Source: Octopus bimaculoides
Lineage: Eukaryota
DNA length: 64,000 bases
Direction of reading: 5' to 3'
NCBI RefSeq assembly: GCF_001194135.2
Contig: NC_068988.1
Coordinates: forward strand, 16,668,596 to 16,732,595
A program made the position numbers and the translations under genes. Shown one piece after another: positions 27,533 through 40,289 of the stretch; within the stretch, counting starts at the first letter, position 1; each line of letters opens with the position of its first letter. Under the pieces are notes generated by a model. It was not told where the DNA came from. It saw nothing but the letters and a program-made list of their open reading frames with translations, and made no database searches.

Positions 27533-27891
27533 ATTATCGTAATAGGTTATCCATTATATTTACTGAACATCTTAAATTACTCGAGACAATATCGCAGGAA
27601 CAAATATGTTGATCTGTCCCTGCTCTGTCCATATCTGTGCATGTGTGTGTGTGTGTATATATGTGTGTGCGTGTGTGTGTGTGTGTATATATGTGTGTGC
27701 GTGTGTGTTTGTGCGAACAGGTGAAAGATTGTGTGCGCAGTTATGCATACGGTTATGCTTATATACATACAATGCATGCATTCAAATATTTATCTATTTA
27801 TCTATCTATCTATCTATCTATCCAACTATCTATCTATGTAGCTCTGTCTTTCACTCCCCTCCCCCTCCCTCTCCCTCTCTCTCTCTCTCTG

Positions 27892-27935
<44 letters not shown>

Positions 27936-28029
27936 AGTATAATTAGTATTCATTTCTTTGATTTCNNNNNNNNNNCTTTATTAAACAATATATATAGAGA
28001 GAGAGAGAGAAAGAGAGAGAGAAAAAGAG

Positions 28030-28066
<37 letters not shown>

Positions 28067-28571
28067 TGATACAAAAACAGACAGAGAGACAGTGGTACAA
28101 AAACGGAGAGACAGAGAGAGAGAGATAGTGACAAAAAAAGATAGAGAGATAGAGAGAGAGAGTGTGAGGTGGGACAAAGTGAATATACAAGGGCAAACGG
28201 TTTACGGTACATATTCCACGTTTCTTGCACTGTGATATCAAGTACCGTTGTATCCTGCTTGGGTGGTAGACTTAACAAATAATCAGGTTCTACACCCCCA
28301 CCCTGTCTTCGGTTGCTTCTACTCGATATCCCTCTGTTCAGGGCATTCTCAACAGCTTGTCGCTGGACGATGCCTTTTTTGCCTTCCCCTACCCACCACG
28401 AAATCTGTATAAAAATTCAGTCATTCTTCTACTCCGAGCAAAGTATAATTAGTATTCATTACTTTGATTTCGCGAATATATATCTTTTATTTTTTACTTG
28501 TTGCATTCAAAGATAATCCAAATGCTTTATTAAACAATATATTTTATAACTCAGTTTATTTTCCTTTCCTA

Positions 28572-28931
28572 TGTTGTTGGCACTCCGTCGCTTACGACAT
28601 CGAGGGTTCCAGTTGATCCGATCAACTGAACAGCATGCTCGTGAAATTAACGTGAAAGTGGCTGAGCACTCCACAGACACGTGCACCCTTAACGTAGTTC
28701 TCGGGGATATTCAGCGTGACACAATGTGACAAGGCTGACCCTTTGAATTACAGGCACAACAGAAACAGCAAGAAAGAGTGAGAGAAAGTTGTGGTGGCAG
28801 AGTACAGCAGGGTTCGCCACCATCCCCTGCCGGAGCCTCGTGGAGTTTTAGGTGTTTTCGCTCAATAAACACTCACAACGCCCGGTCAAGGCATCGAAAC
28901 CGCGAGTCCGCTGCCCTAACCACTAGGCCAT
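28572..28931 (-). mobile_element. SINE family B, near full length (head runs into gap)
   Basis: High identity along its length to 37680-38124 (TTGGCACTCCGTCGCTTACGAC...GAGTACAGCAGGGTTCGCCACCATCCC...CTCAATAAACACTCACAACGCCCGGTC). Confidence 0.93.
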
Positions 28932-29710
28932 NNNNNNNNNNNNNNNNNNNNNNNNNNNNNNNNNNNNNNNNNNNNNNNNNNNNNNNNNNNNNNNNNNNNN
29001 NNNNNNNNNNNNNNNNNNNNNNNNNNNNNNNNNNNNNNNNNNNNNNNNNNNNNNNNNNNNNNNNNNNNNNNNNNNNNNNNNNNNNNNNNNNNNNNNNNNN
29101 NNNNNNNNNNNNNNNNNNNNNNNNNNNNNNNNNNNNNNNNNNNNNNNNNNNNNNNNNNNNNNNNNNNNNNNNNNNNNNNNNNNNNNNNNNNNNNNNNNNN
29201 NNNNNNNNNNNNNNNNNNNNNNNNNNNNNNNNNNNNNNNNNNNNNNNNNNNNNNNNNNNNNNNNNNNNNNNNNNNNNNNNNNNNNNNNNNNNNNNNNNNN
29301 NNNNNNNNNNNNNNNNNNNNNNNNNNNNNNNNNNNNNNNNNNNNNNNNNNNNNNNNNNNNNNNNNNNNNNNNATATATAAATTCAGTATTTTGGCAAACC
29401 AGCTTCGAAAATTAAAATCAAATGTTTATAATTATGTATTCGTATAAGTAGAGAAAAAAAAATGCAAAATGTGAGATAAATTTATCATGCTCAGAAGAAT
29501 CTAAAAATTGATATGTATGTGTGTGTGTGTGTGTATTTTTGTGTGTGTGAGAGTGTATCTAATTCAAGTTGTATGTATATTTGTCTACATGTGATAAACT
29601 GAATTTACATGTAATTATGTACATACGTATCTATGTGTGCGTGTGTCTTTGTGCGCGTGTGCGTAGGTTTGTGCACGCGCAAGTGTGTGAAACGGTTAGA
29701 TTTTATTTTG

Positions 29711-30445
29711 CTGGCCTTGAGGCAGCATTGCAGACTTTTGACAAACGGAACGAGAAACGTCTAGTTACTCTCAACCATGGCAACACAAATCTTGATGTCT
29801 CTGACATCATCCCATTTACGGGAGTAATAGATCTTGCTATCTATGACATCGTCTCATTTACATGAGTAAAAGATCTGAACTATCAAAGTCTGAGATAAAC
29901 CACTTGAAGAAAAGCCTTTTTTGAAAATCCTTGGTCTTATTTTTTCGCCTGTTCTTTCTTGCCGTTCTAACATACACCAATTGCTATATCTGCTTCCCGT
30001 AAGATTGGATTATTGAATTGGTCAAATCTCACAATTCATCCTTGTATGTGGTACTGATATCACACATGGACACATGAACCATCCTCCCATCTGGACCTCC
30101 TCGACCGGAATCAGAAGTAAGTATCTAATATGATTGGTGCCACTCTTGCCTCAACTCTGCAAGGCTTATCACATCGGCATGATGTCACCGTTCTTATTCT
30201 TTCCTATCGTTGTTGCTACGGAATGGACTTCCTCTCTTAGTTACACATCATTTTGTGGAATTTAGCCAGACTGGAAACTCACAGCATCTTGATCCAAAAT
30301 GCCGTTGTACTTCCACGAATAAAGAAATATTTCTAGGGTGGTGGATTTATTTCTCGAACTACCAGACTTTGAAACTCTCTTCCATCTCATTGCTTTCCTC
30401 CTCATGACCTCAAATCTTTCAAGTCTACAGCAAATTTATTTCTTT
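29711..30445 (+). pseudogene. Degraded CR1/L2-group LINE reverse transcriptase, C-terminal region
   Basis: Manual translation across frameshifts gives LKILGLIFS (29921), IAISASRKIGLL, TIHPCMWY*YHTW, DLLDRNQK*V..LQGLSHRHDV and FISRTTRL*NSLPSHCFP..LKSFKS. These follow the order of the invertebrate CR1-like consensus (ILGL.F..LSW..I...ASRK.G.L...IRPCMEYC.HIW...LDRIQK...LSHRR.V...RT.RLWNSLP..CFP). Confidence 0.85.
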
Positions 30446-30546
30446 CGTCTTAATTTCTCCGTCTTCATAGTCCCTTTCATGAAATGGCCTCTCGGCTTAA
30501 AATTATATACATACAAATATATATATATGGAGAGAGAGAGAGAGAG

Positions 30547-30577
<31 letters not shown>

Positions 30578-30794
30578 GAGAGTAAGAAAGAAACAAAAGA
30601 GCGCAATATATATTTTTTCTGGTTCAGTCATGAGACTAAATATATATTGTGTTTTTTTTAATGTTTCCATTCTCAATTGAATAATGTTGAACCATAGACA
30701 CATACTTATGTATATATTTTTCCCCAGTTCCATTAATTGGATGTTCTATATATTTTATCCAGAACTATTGAGAGGGGTGAGAAAAAGAAGTTTA

Positions 30795-30796
<2 letters not shown>

Positions 30797-30862
<66 letters not shown>
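30797..30862. repeat. (GA)n microsatellite
   Basis: 33 perfect GA units. Confidence 0.97.
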
Positions 30863-30869
<7 letters not shown>

Positions 30870-31750
30870 CGAAAGACGAGGGAGAGAGATCAATTTCTTG
30901 GCAAATGTGGATCAATTTCAAAGCATACTGTCTCGGTGATGATGCTGGTAAATGTTAAACTTTATGCGCACATTTACATGCATGAAATCATTTTATATAT
31001 ATCCTATTAAAATCGAAAGATACATACAAATATTGAACACTTTAGTTAAAGATAAAACTTTAGAAGTGGCAGGTGAAAACCATGTGCAAAATCTATTAAG
31101 TGCTGATATGCAGTGATAGCAACAGTTTTTTTTATCTATTTTTTTTTCCAGTATCGATTTCTTATATTTTTACCAGATCGCATACTGATAGGATAAGGTA
31201 TAGTCAATTTTAACAGTTAAAACTCGAGGCAAAGCTGTTTAGTGTTCGATTGTTTGAAGGTAAATAATTTAACGCTACATGTCTGACTCGAAGGAAGTGT
31301 ATTATAAGTAGGGGCCTACATCCTGTCGAAATTAGTTCTTTATACACGTCTGAACATTGAATATTCATGTATTTATTCAGGGAGTATAAGTCAGCTCTAA
31401 TATCAATTTGTTAAAATCGGAACTCATCCTTGGAACTGAAATGGAATGCGTTGCTATTTATGAGTGAAAAATTATCTCTTACAGATATGTACTTTTAGCC
31501 AGTAGTACACGGTATCGAGGTAACTGTCAGCGAGAAGCAGATACAGACTGACTATCACGCATATTACATTAGTTAAGACTTAATTATCGATTTACGTTAT
31601 GCGAAATATATGCAATATGCAAATTCTCTACTCAACAGAATATAGTAATTTTACACTTGTGTTCTTGATGCTTTTGTTTAACACTAAACCATCCTTCAGA
31701 GAATAGACATTATAAACAAAGTCGTTTCAAGCCTAACCCTTCAAATCATA

Positions 31751-31955
31751 TTGATTTCAAATTATAGCACAAGGCCTGCAATTTCAGGGAAAGTGTAAGT
31801 CGATCAGATCGACCGCCGTATTTCACCTGCTACTTATTTTATCCACACCGAAAAATGAATGTCAAAGGCGGAATTTCAATTCAGAACGTGAAGATGGACG
31901 AAATATCGCTAAACGTTTTACCCGGCGTGCTAATGATTCTGCCAGCTAACTACCC
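31751..31955 (-). mobile_element. SINE family C
   Basis: Reverse complement reads GGTAGTTAGCTGGCAGAATCATTAGCACGCCGGG...GTTCTGAATTGAAATTCCGCC...GGATAAAATAAGTAG...GGTCGATCTGATCGACT; collinear with 16691-16900. Confidence 0.88.
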
Positions 31956-34191
31956 TCGACCATCCAATTCATATTTTCTAAGTGTATAATCATCATCTAA
32001 CCATTTACTCGAGTATGACACGCCACTCGTTACTTTTCCCCGTTTTTTCTTTTGTTTTTGTAGAACGAAATTAGATTGTTTGATCATCAGAGAATTCCAC
32101 CTAAGTGCGCACTTATATTTATTTAAAGGATTTCTCGCTATTATAACATTTTCCATTTGGTTCTACTACTCTCAGAAAGATTTACATATGCTTTTGTGTT
32201 ACCAAAATTATGATTCCCTATACTTCAGTTTACGGCCCCTGTGAATGGAACAGATAATTATGCAAAATGATTGTGTATTTTAAATAGTCTCAAATTGTTT
32301 TTGTTTTTTTTTATTACTGATGTGTCTTGTTCCAGAAATCATAACTTTTGTTGCTAGTGATATTTCGTTTAAAAGGAAATGGACCCAGTCATTATTTCGG
32401 CATTCCCCACTAGTTACTTCTTGCACACTAAGTCTGTGTTTACTAGTTTATCACTTAGCCTGCGTTTATCAATGTGTCATAATAAATATGTAAATGGTAT
32501 AAGAAAAACAGTGAGAATAAGCCATGTAAATCTGAGGTATTAACGTATCTTCTCGTATCATTAATTAAATAAGAACTTAATGCGGACATTAGCCAATTCA
32601 AAACGAAATTCATATTATTGACACTATGTAAAAGAAGTAAACTTGGGATTTAGAACATTAAAGATAGCCATCATTAAATGCATTAGATGATTATGAAATA
32701 CTTCACTAATAACGAACAAGTAATTCATAAAATCTCATTTACTAGAATATTAATAACACACAAATTACCAAATGGAGATCGTCAATACGTCGGAAAAAAA
32801 TGATCAGATCTTACAATTTGGTAAATGGCTAAAACTGAAAATTAGTTAGGAGATACATAGTCTCAAGAAGATTATTTATTTACGAAAAAGATCAGAATCA
32901 ATAAACGAGCGAAAATACGTGTAATGTCTATAAAAGCAAGTGGATTGCAATATTACAACCATTGAAATATGTTAAATGCTGGTTACATCACTGTACTAAT
33001 TTTTATGTCAATATAAAACGAAAAACGCGTGGAATAAGTTCAAAGGTCGTTTATTTTTTATTTGATAAATCCCTATATAGTTTGAGAAATACAGTTATTA
33101 TTAAAATACGTAAAATATATGTTCTCTTCTAATATGTTTCCATCCACGCAATCTAGTAACACATAAGTCTCTTTGTGTTAATATGATATTGGATTTGTTC
33201 TCAATATAAGAATGATCAAAACCATTATTATTTATAGTTGAACGAATATCTCGGTTTTATTTTATGAACGTCTGTTTCTTTTTTTCCATATGTATATACA
33301 CAGTCCATAATACTTTGCACAAATGTATATTGTTTCACTGTATTATTTGCTTTGGAAATTATTTTATCATATCACGCATTTTACGTCTTTCTTTTGATAT
33401 GACTCCATCGTACTTTCACTGTTTCCTCTCAAATCTCTTACAGATGATAGAATGTGTGTCTTTGCATGGATGAACCAAATATTCGTGTTTATACGTCTGC
33501 ACGCATGAACGTACACAAAACGAATGCACATTCACAAGCACACAAGTACATGGATACAAAAACATTTATTTATACAAACTGCGCATATTCGAAATGTTTC
33601 AAAATATATAATGTGTGCAATATTTATTAACATGTAAGCTTACATATAAAATATTAATATATTATATGGAAAATAATTTTCATCCTTTGCAACTACATTT
33701 TCATTGTGGTAAAATGATATTGAGATTAAATAAACATACAAAATTATATTTTCTAAACTAATTTTACTTATTACAATCTTCACGAGAAAAGTTATTTCAA
33801 ATATAGATTTTAAGTTATTTTCATATTAAAATCGTTTAAAAAGATAAATTTATTTCATCGCACAGTACTGCCAAATTTTCTTGGCACTGGATATTGTCAA
33901 TTTTCTACATGTCCAGGTAAGAATATAGAGAATATGCCAATTTTCGTGCTCGCTATTCTGTTTTCCTTGTTTATTTGGTTGTCATTTTGTTACATAGCAA
34001 ACTTGTTTTGGTCTTTTGATAGTCATCGTTATACCAGCACTTGCATTTATCATGAGTAATTAATTTCTTGGTATTTTTAACCTAGTCTGTAATCATACAA
34101 AGACTTTTATAAAGTTTAGGGATATTACTGTGGAGTTGTTAGTGGCATTAACCCCGACTGGTATTCCTGAGACGCATAATGCCACAAGACG

Positions 34192-34529
34192 TTAAGGCCC
34201 ATGACTCAGTGGTTAGAGCGTCGAACTTACGATCATGAGGTTGTGAGTTCAAATCCCGGACCGGGCTGCGTATTGTGTTCTTCAGCAAGACACTTTATTT
34301 CGCGTTGCTCCAGTTCATACAGCTGTAGAAACGAATTGCGACGTCACAGGTGCTAAGCTGTATCGGCCCCTTTGCCTTTCTCTTGGATAACACTGGTTGC
34401 GTGGAGAGGGGAGGCTGGTATGCCTGGGAGACTGCTGGTCTTCCATAAACGACATTGTCCGGACTTGTGCCTGAGAGGGTAACTTTCTAGGTGCAATCCC
34501 ATGGTCAGTTATGACCGAGAGGGGGTTTC
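34192..34529 (+). mobile_element. tRNA-derived CORE-like SINE, family D
   Basis: A-box TGACTCAGTGG (34202-34212), B-box GAGTTCAAATCCC (34245-34257), then GTGTTCTTCAGCAAGACACTTTATTTCGCGTTGCTCCAGTTC, a CORE-like segment shared with 57675-57950 and 35722-35993. Confidence 0.88.
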
Positions 34530-35304
34530 AGCAGAACATATATATATATATATATATANNNNNNNNNNNNNNNNNNNNNNNNNNNNNNNNNNNNNNNNNN
34601 NNNNNNNNNNNNNNNNNNNNNNNNNNNNNNNNNNNNNNNNNNNNNNNNNNNNNNNNNNNNNNNNNNNNNNNNNNNNNNNNNNNNNNNNNNNNNNNNNNNN
34701 NNNNNNNNNNNNNNNNNNNNNNNNNNNNNNNNNNNNNNNNNNNNNNNNNNNNNNNNNNNNNNNNNNNNNNNNNNNNNNNNNNNNNNNNNNNNNNNNNNNN
34801 NNNNNNNNNNNNNNNNNNNNNNNNNNNNNNNNNNNNNNNNNNNNNNNNNNNNNNNNNNNNNNNNNNNNNNNNNNNNNNNNNNNNNNNNNNNNNNNNNNNN
34901 NNNNNNNNNNNNNNNNNNNNNNNNNNNNNNNNNNNNNNNNNNNNNNNNNNNNNNNNNNNNNNNNNNNNNNNNNNNNNNNNNNNNNNNNNNNNNNNNNNNN
35001 NNNNNNNNNNNNNNNNNNNNNNNNNNNNNNNNNNNNNNNNNNNNNNNNNNNNNNNNNNNNNNNNNNNNNNNNNNNNNNNNNNNNNNNNNNNNNNNNNNNN
35101 NNNNNNNNNNNNNNNNNNNNNNNNNNNNNNNNNNNNNNNNNNNNNNNNNNNNNNNNNNNNNNNNNNNNNNNNNNNNNNNNNNNNNNNNNNNNNNNNNNNN
35201 NNNNNNNNNNNNNNNNNNNNNNNNNNNNNNNNNNNNNNNNNNNNNNNNNNNNNNNNNNNNNNNNNNNNNNNNNNNNNNNNNNNNNNNNNNNNNNNNNNNN
35301 NNNN

Positions 35305-35351
<47 letters not shown>

Positions 35352-35721
35352 AATATATATGTAAAAATATGTGTATGTATATGTGTGTGTGTCTGTGTGT
35401 GTACATATGTATATACGAGAAATAAGCATCAACACAACGTTATATTATAGTTCCTACGCGCGTTTCGCCACTACAGTTGTTTAGACCCCTGCAGTATATG
35501 TTGGAAATGCATTTAGATGCTCAATCACTACAGTCACCAGGACACACTTATTACATTATGTTAAACCTATACCACTTGTTTAACAACTATATAGGAAGCA
35601 CGCTGGTATATCATAATACACCTGGTGCTCTAAACATAATAGTAACAGTCGTAAATGTGTTTGTACGCACAATTTCTACACACGCAGACGCACATGCGCA
35701 AAAGCATACACATACATGTAT

Positions 35722-35993
35722 ATATCACGTGACCGACCAGACTATCTAATGTTGTTATACATCACTGGTCCCAATGCGCTTTGTATCGTTTTAGCTTTCG
35801 AATGACGCCACCTCGTTGGCTAAGTGAATAGGCCAACTGCCCTTCATATTGGAAAGCTAGTCCACCAGAGGGTTAGCCATTTACTGGTGAATGAACTGAA
35901 GCAACGGGAATTTATGTGATTTGCACAAGATTCGAACCCATGGCTTAGCGATCGTGATTACAACACGCTAATCACTAGGTCACGAGCCTTCAC
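35722..35993 (-). mobile_element. SINE with D-type head/core and a different 3' tail
   Basis: Reverse complement head GTGAAGGCTCGTGACCTAGTGATTAG...GGGTTCGAATC and core CCGTTGCTTCAGTTCATTCA; the tail does not match 34330-34529. Confidence 0.7.
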
Positions 35994-37679
35994 ACACAGA
36001 GCAACACACACACACACACAAACACACCCACACACACACATACACACACACACACTCGCACACGTATATAATATATATATATTTATTTATTTAACTAATG
36101 TAAAGTACATATGATATCACTCTCCGATACGTAATCATACGTCTTGCTCACTGAGTGTTAATAGACTATCTCAACTGAGAAGGTCTGTGTTCTTTTGGGA
36201 ATACACATTTTGATCGTAATTTATATTTACTCACTTGGTGACCCGAATAATCGCTGTGAATTATTTGTTTACGTTACTTATCGTCAAGAGGTTTCATGCA
36301 ATTAAAACCATTTTGTGTACCGCATTCAGCAGACCCATCAATATTATACACAAACATATATAAGTGCGTATTGATGGGTGTATACGAATCTATGCAGCAT
36401 TTAAATGCAAAGCTGTCTATTGAATTAATATTGTGTAGCAGAATTTTTCTTTTATTTTGTCTTTGGCCAGTAAGTGTTTCTTCCCATTCGATTCTATCTA
36501 GAAATCAAAGGAATTGACAAATATTCCCTTCAAACATTGCTTTTGTGTCGTGGACATTAATGCTTTGAAAGTGATCTTCTTTCCATTACATTTCAGACAA
36601 ATTCGGTGCAAAATTGTGGAAGCAGAAATGTCGTTATACCACATATTCTGCCCGATACCACAGATTTGCTTGCCAGTTGTTTGACCTTACCCACGTGAGC
36701 ATGTCCCTTAGTGGCTGAAAATATATGCAACTATTATTCTGAGCATGGGAAGTGGGGGAACATCATAGCCATATGTCGAGAGGGATTCTTGGGGGGTTTT
36801 AATGTATGTAACAAAAGCAAATTTGAAGGAAATATTAGCCACTTTTCATAATCTCTAGAGGTAAGAAGTTAAGAAATAACTGGCTACCCAAGGACAAAAA
36901 TCGTGTTACACAGTCTCAGATATTCCCAGTTGTTTATGTAAAGCAAATGTTTGACGTTCTGAGCAAGTTAGTGATAACTGAAGTTTTGTTCGAGTCTTCA
37001 AAGAAACCTACATATTACTCGCCATTTGCACAGAAATAAATGTCGGGAGATTTTCGGTGCAACAAATATTTTTAGTAAGTATCTGCTTTCAAAGTAATAC
37101 AAAAATTGGAATTGTATGACATCCCTCTGTTTTCAGCATGCATGAGAGTCGTATATTAACTGCGGTGGGGTACTTCGTTTTACTCTATAGAATCTATGCA
37201 GATGAAGCCTTCTTTGCCATCGGAAATGTTCTGTTCCAGTGGCGGACAATGTAAATATTGTTCTAGAAGTGTTCTACTTAATACTACTTTACTCAATATC
37301 TTTCTTGAGTATTAATGCGAGTTATAAGAAACTTGAATATCAAGTCTGTTATCAAATTGTCTTGGAAACGGACTTCATTGGGTCTCATAATATAAATTAT
37401 GTATATCGGCGAGTGACTAAATTTCATGACGCTGGAAGAAAAAAAGAAAAATAATATTTAAGTAGTGGAATAGAAATCAATTTATTCCAACTAGTGAATT
37501 AGTGATTATAAAACTGTTACATTTCTCTCGCTTTGAAACTAAAGATGACTAATACAAACCAATTTGAATTTTTAGTAATTGAACACACACATATCCGCCC
37601 GCGCGCAAACACGCGTGCACGTACACATACAAATGTCAATGTGTGTATGCTTCTATGTATTTATGTATAACATTCTGCT

Positions 37680-38124
37680 TGTTGTGTTGGCACTCCGTCG
37701 CTTACGACGTCGAGGGTTCCAGTTGATCCGATCAACAGAACAGCCTGCTCGTGAAATTAACGTGTAAGTGGCTGAGCANNNNNNNNNNTGATCCGATCAA
37801 CAGAACAGCCTGCTCGTGAAATTAACGTGTAAGTGGCTGAGCACTCCACAGACACGTGTACCCATAACGTAGTTCTCAGGGATATTCAGTGTGAAACAGT
37901 ATGACAAGGCTGACCCTTTTGAATTACAGGCACAACAGAAACAGGAAGTAAGAGTGAGAGAAAGTTGTGGTGAAAGAGTACAGCAGGGTTCGCCACCATC
38001 CCTTACCGGAGTCTCATGGAGGTTTTCGCTCAATAAACACTCACAACGCCCGGTCTAAGAATCGAAACCGCGATCCTATGACCGCGAGTCCTCTGCCCTA
38101 ACCGCTGGGCCAATGCGCCTCCAC
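37680..38124 (-). mobile_element. SINE family B, full length (55 bp duplicated across a 10-N gap)
   Basis: Head GTGGAGGCGCATTGGCCCAGCGGTTAGGG...GTTTCGATTC; body and tail match 28572-28931. Confidence 0.94.
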
Positions 38125-39370
38125 AAACATTCTGCTACATTTTTTTTTATCTTAAGAATAACGGTCATCTTAAATTTAAGTTAAATTTTATAATGCTAGC
38201 ATATCAGGCATTGATATATAACTGGTATTAGTTTTCACAGAATCGACTATTTAAAAGCCGACATGATAACGTCTTTACAATAGGCATTGTATTTTCGTTA
38301 GATTCGTTCTCATGTTAAAGTCATTAACGATATGTAAATATGTTTATACTAAAAAAAAATATGCTTAAAAACATTATACAACGTGTATTATTCGGATTGC
38401 ATTATCTTTCAAGGGACCCATTTAAAAACAAAAGTATATGAAGTAAAATACATTAAATGCGAAGTTGCATTACATATATACACGAAAATTATCACCTTCG
38501 ATAATAGAACAACTTAACAGTGACATAGAACAATACAGCCGTGAAATGATGTAGTTCGAAAGGTATTCTTCTTATCTGACAAGACAGGGAGTAAGTTTCT
38601 GGCATTTGTAGAAACTAATCATGGTAATTTATTCAACTGATGATCTGGAGAATAGAAGAACAAGACAATTCTTAATTACTCACAGATCAACGAACCTTTG
38701 TGTGTATATATGCAATTTCGTACATAATTTCTTGCTGTAGCGAACACAGTGAGGTACATCGTGCAAAAATTCCTACAATCAAATATCTATTAATACAGGC
38801 GCCAAACATTTTAGAAAAGTTATCAAAAATTACTACTTTCTCTCGCCACAGAATAATTTTTACTTATCTGCGCAATGGCTGCAACAATATATAATTATTG
38901 TTTCTAGAGAGAGAGAGAGAGAAAACTATGGTGTTGCAATATAAGTGTGTTTCTCAAGAGAATTGGCGATATACGTAAAGTGAAACAGTTATAAGACGAA
39001 ATGATAACTTTAACCAATACGATATCTTTAATCCAACACATAGCCACAATGAAATACTAACTCACTGTAAACTGAGAAGCTACGATTTTAAACAAGGAAT
39101 TATATTTTTAGATACACGCAGACGCACGTACGTCCTTATATCTACGATGTTCGTCGAAAACCAATTGCTTATCGGCACGAATCCGCTGTATGACTTTGAG
39201 ATTCGTCTTTCTTATAAGACTCAGGTGAATCCCGAGAGTGAGGTTTCGACGATGAAACCTATATCGAAATCATTCCTTTAATACAATTATAGATTGAACT
39301 CTGGCTGAATGCAATGTCAAAACACATGTGTCAAGTGTTGAATAAGTTTTGTATACGTTCCATAATACGA

Positions 39371-39410
<40 letters not shown>

Positions 39411-39933
39411 TCAGTTGTCGTTTTTCTTCTTTCCTCTCACGTCCCTTTATGTTGTTTACATCGAATAAGGCCGCCTTGAAAACATACAAAGAAACAGCAA
39501 GCAGATAAATGTGCACGTACCACTGGAGACGAACACCGATGCTTCATGTGATACGCCCGATACTTGTTGAGAGACTCCAATCAAATGAAACCCATGGTAG
39601 ACTTAACCCATAAGTATATATATGTATATATGCACTCACACACATACACGTGCAAACACACACATACACACTCTCACACATGTGCACTCACGAGCACAAA
39701 TGCAAATGCAAAAGCATGTGCATATAACGATACACCTCATAGAAGAACAGAATGGACTAAGTGGAGCAGGTGCGCACGCGAGGAGGGAAAGTGTCGCTGA
39801 TGTGTGACGAAAGATTTCCTGACAATGGGCATCAGTTAAAATAAGAGCAGTAACAAACGAGTGAAGAACGGATATATAGTGCGTGTGTTTATTTGTAAAA
39901 AAAGAAAAATGACCATCCAGAAATACAACAGGA

Positions 39934-39982
39934 TCACGAGACTGATTCTGTTTCGAGCTATTTGTCCCCTCCTCAGTCGCGA
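39934..39982 (-). ncRNA. Type I minimal hammerhead ribozyme (intact core), Penelope/retrozyme type
   Basis: Minus-strand RNA: UCGCGA CUGAGGA GGG-GACAAAUAG-CUC GAAA C-AGAAUCA-G UC/UCGUGA. CUGANGA and GAAA are complete, the cleavage triplet is GUC, stem I has 6 bp (one G.U), stem II has 3 bp with G10.1-C11.1, and stem III is short. Confidence 0.8.
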
Positions 39983-40289
39983 GCACCTGCATGCCAGAGC
40001 GATAGCCAGAGTCCCCTAACGCTAGTAATATATTATGCACAAAGTGATCATCGGTCACTAATTTGCAACAAGTAAAATAGCTAGTTGTAAGACCTCAAGT
40101 TGATACAGAGAGTAACTGTACTAAACAGTAAAGTCAATCGCCAAACCAACGTGTCTGTTGAGTGTTACTAATAGTTTAACCCCCCAGCAGAATCTCCGCC
40201 AGCTGGTTATCTGTGCAACTCTGAACCCTTTATATGATATATATTGTTAGCAGGGGAAGCAAATCCTACCACCCCCTATTATTGTTATT

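Noticed and set aside
34202-34260. tRNA-like A/B-box cloverleaf remnants (here and in other SINE heads)
   Set aside because: They lack a proper acceptor stem and continue into multi-copy SINE bodies, so they are SINE heads rather than tRNA genes.
37724-37843. Exact 55-bp direct repeat inside the SINE B copy
   Set aside because: The two copies sit exactly either side of a 10-N gap (37779-37788), the signature of unmerged overlapping contig ends, so it is most likely an assembly artefact.
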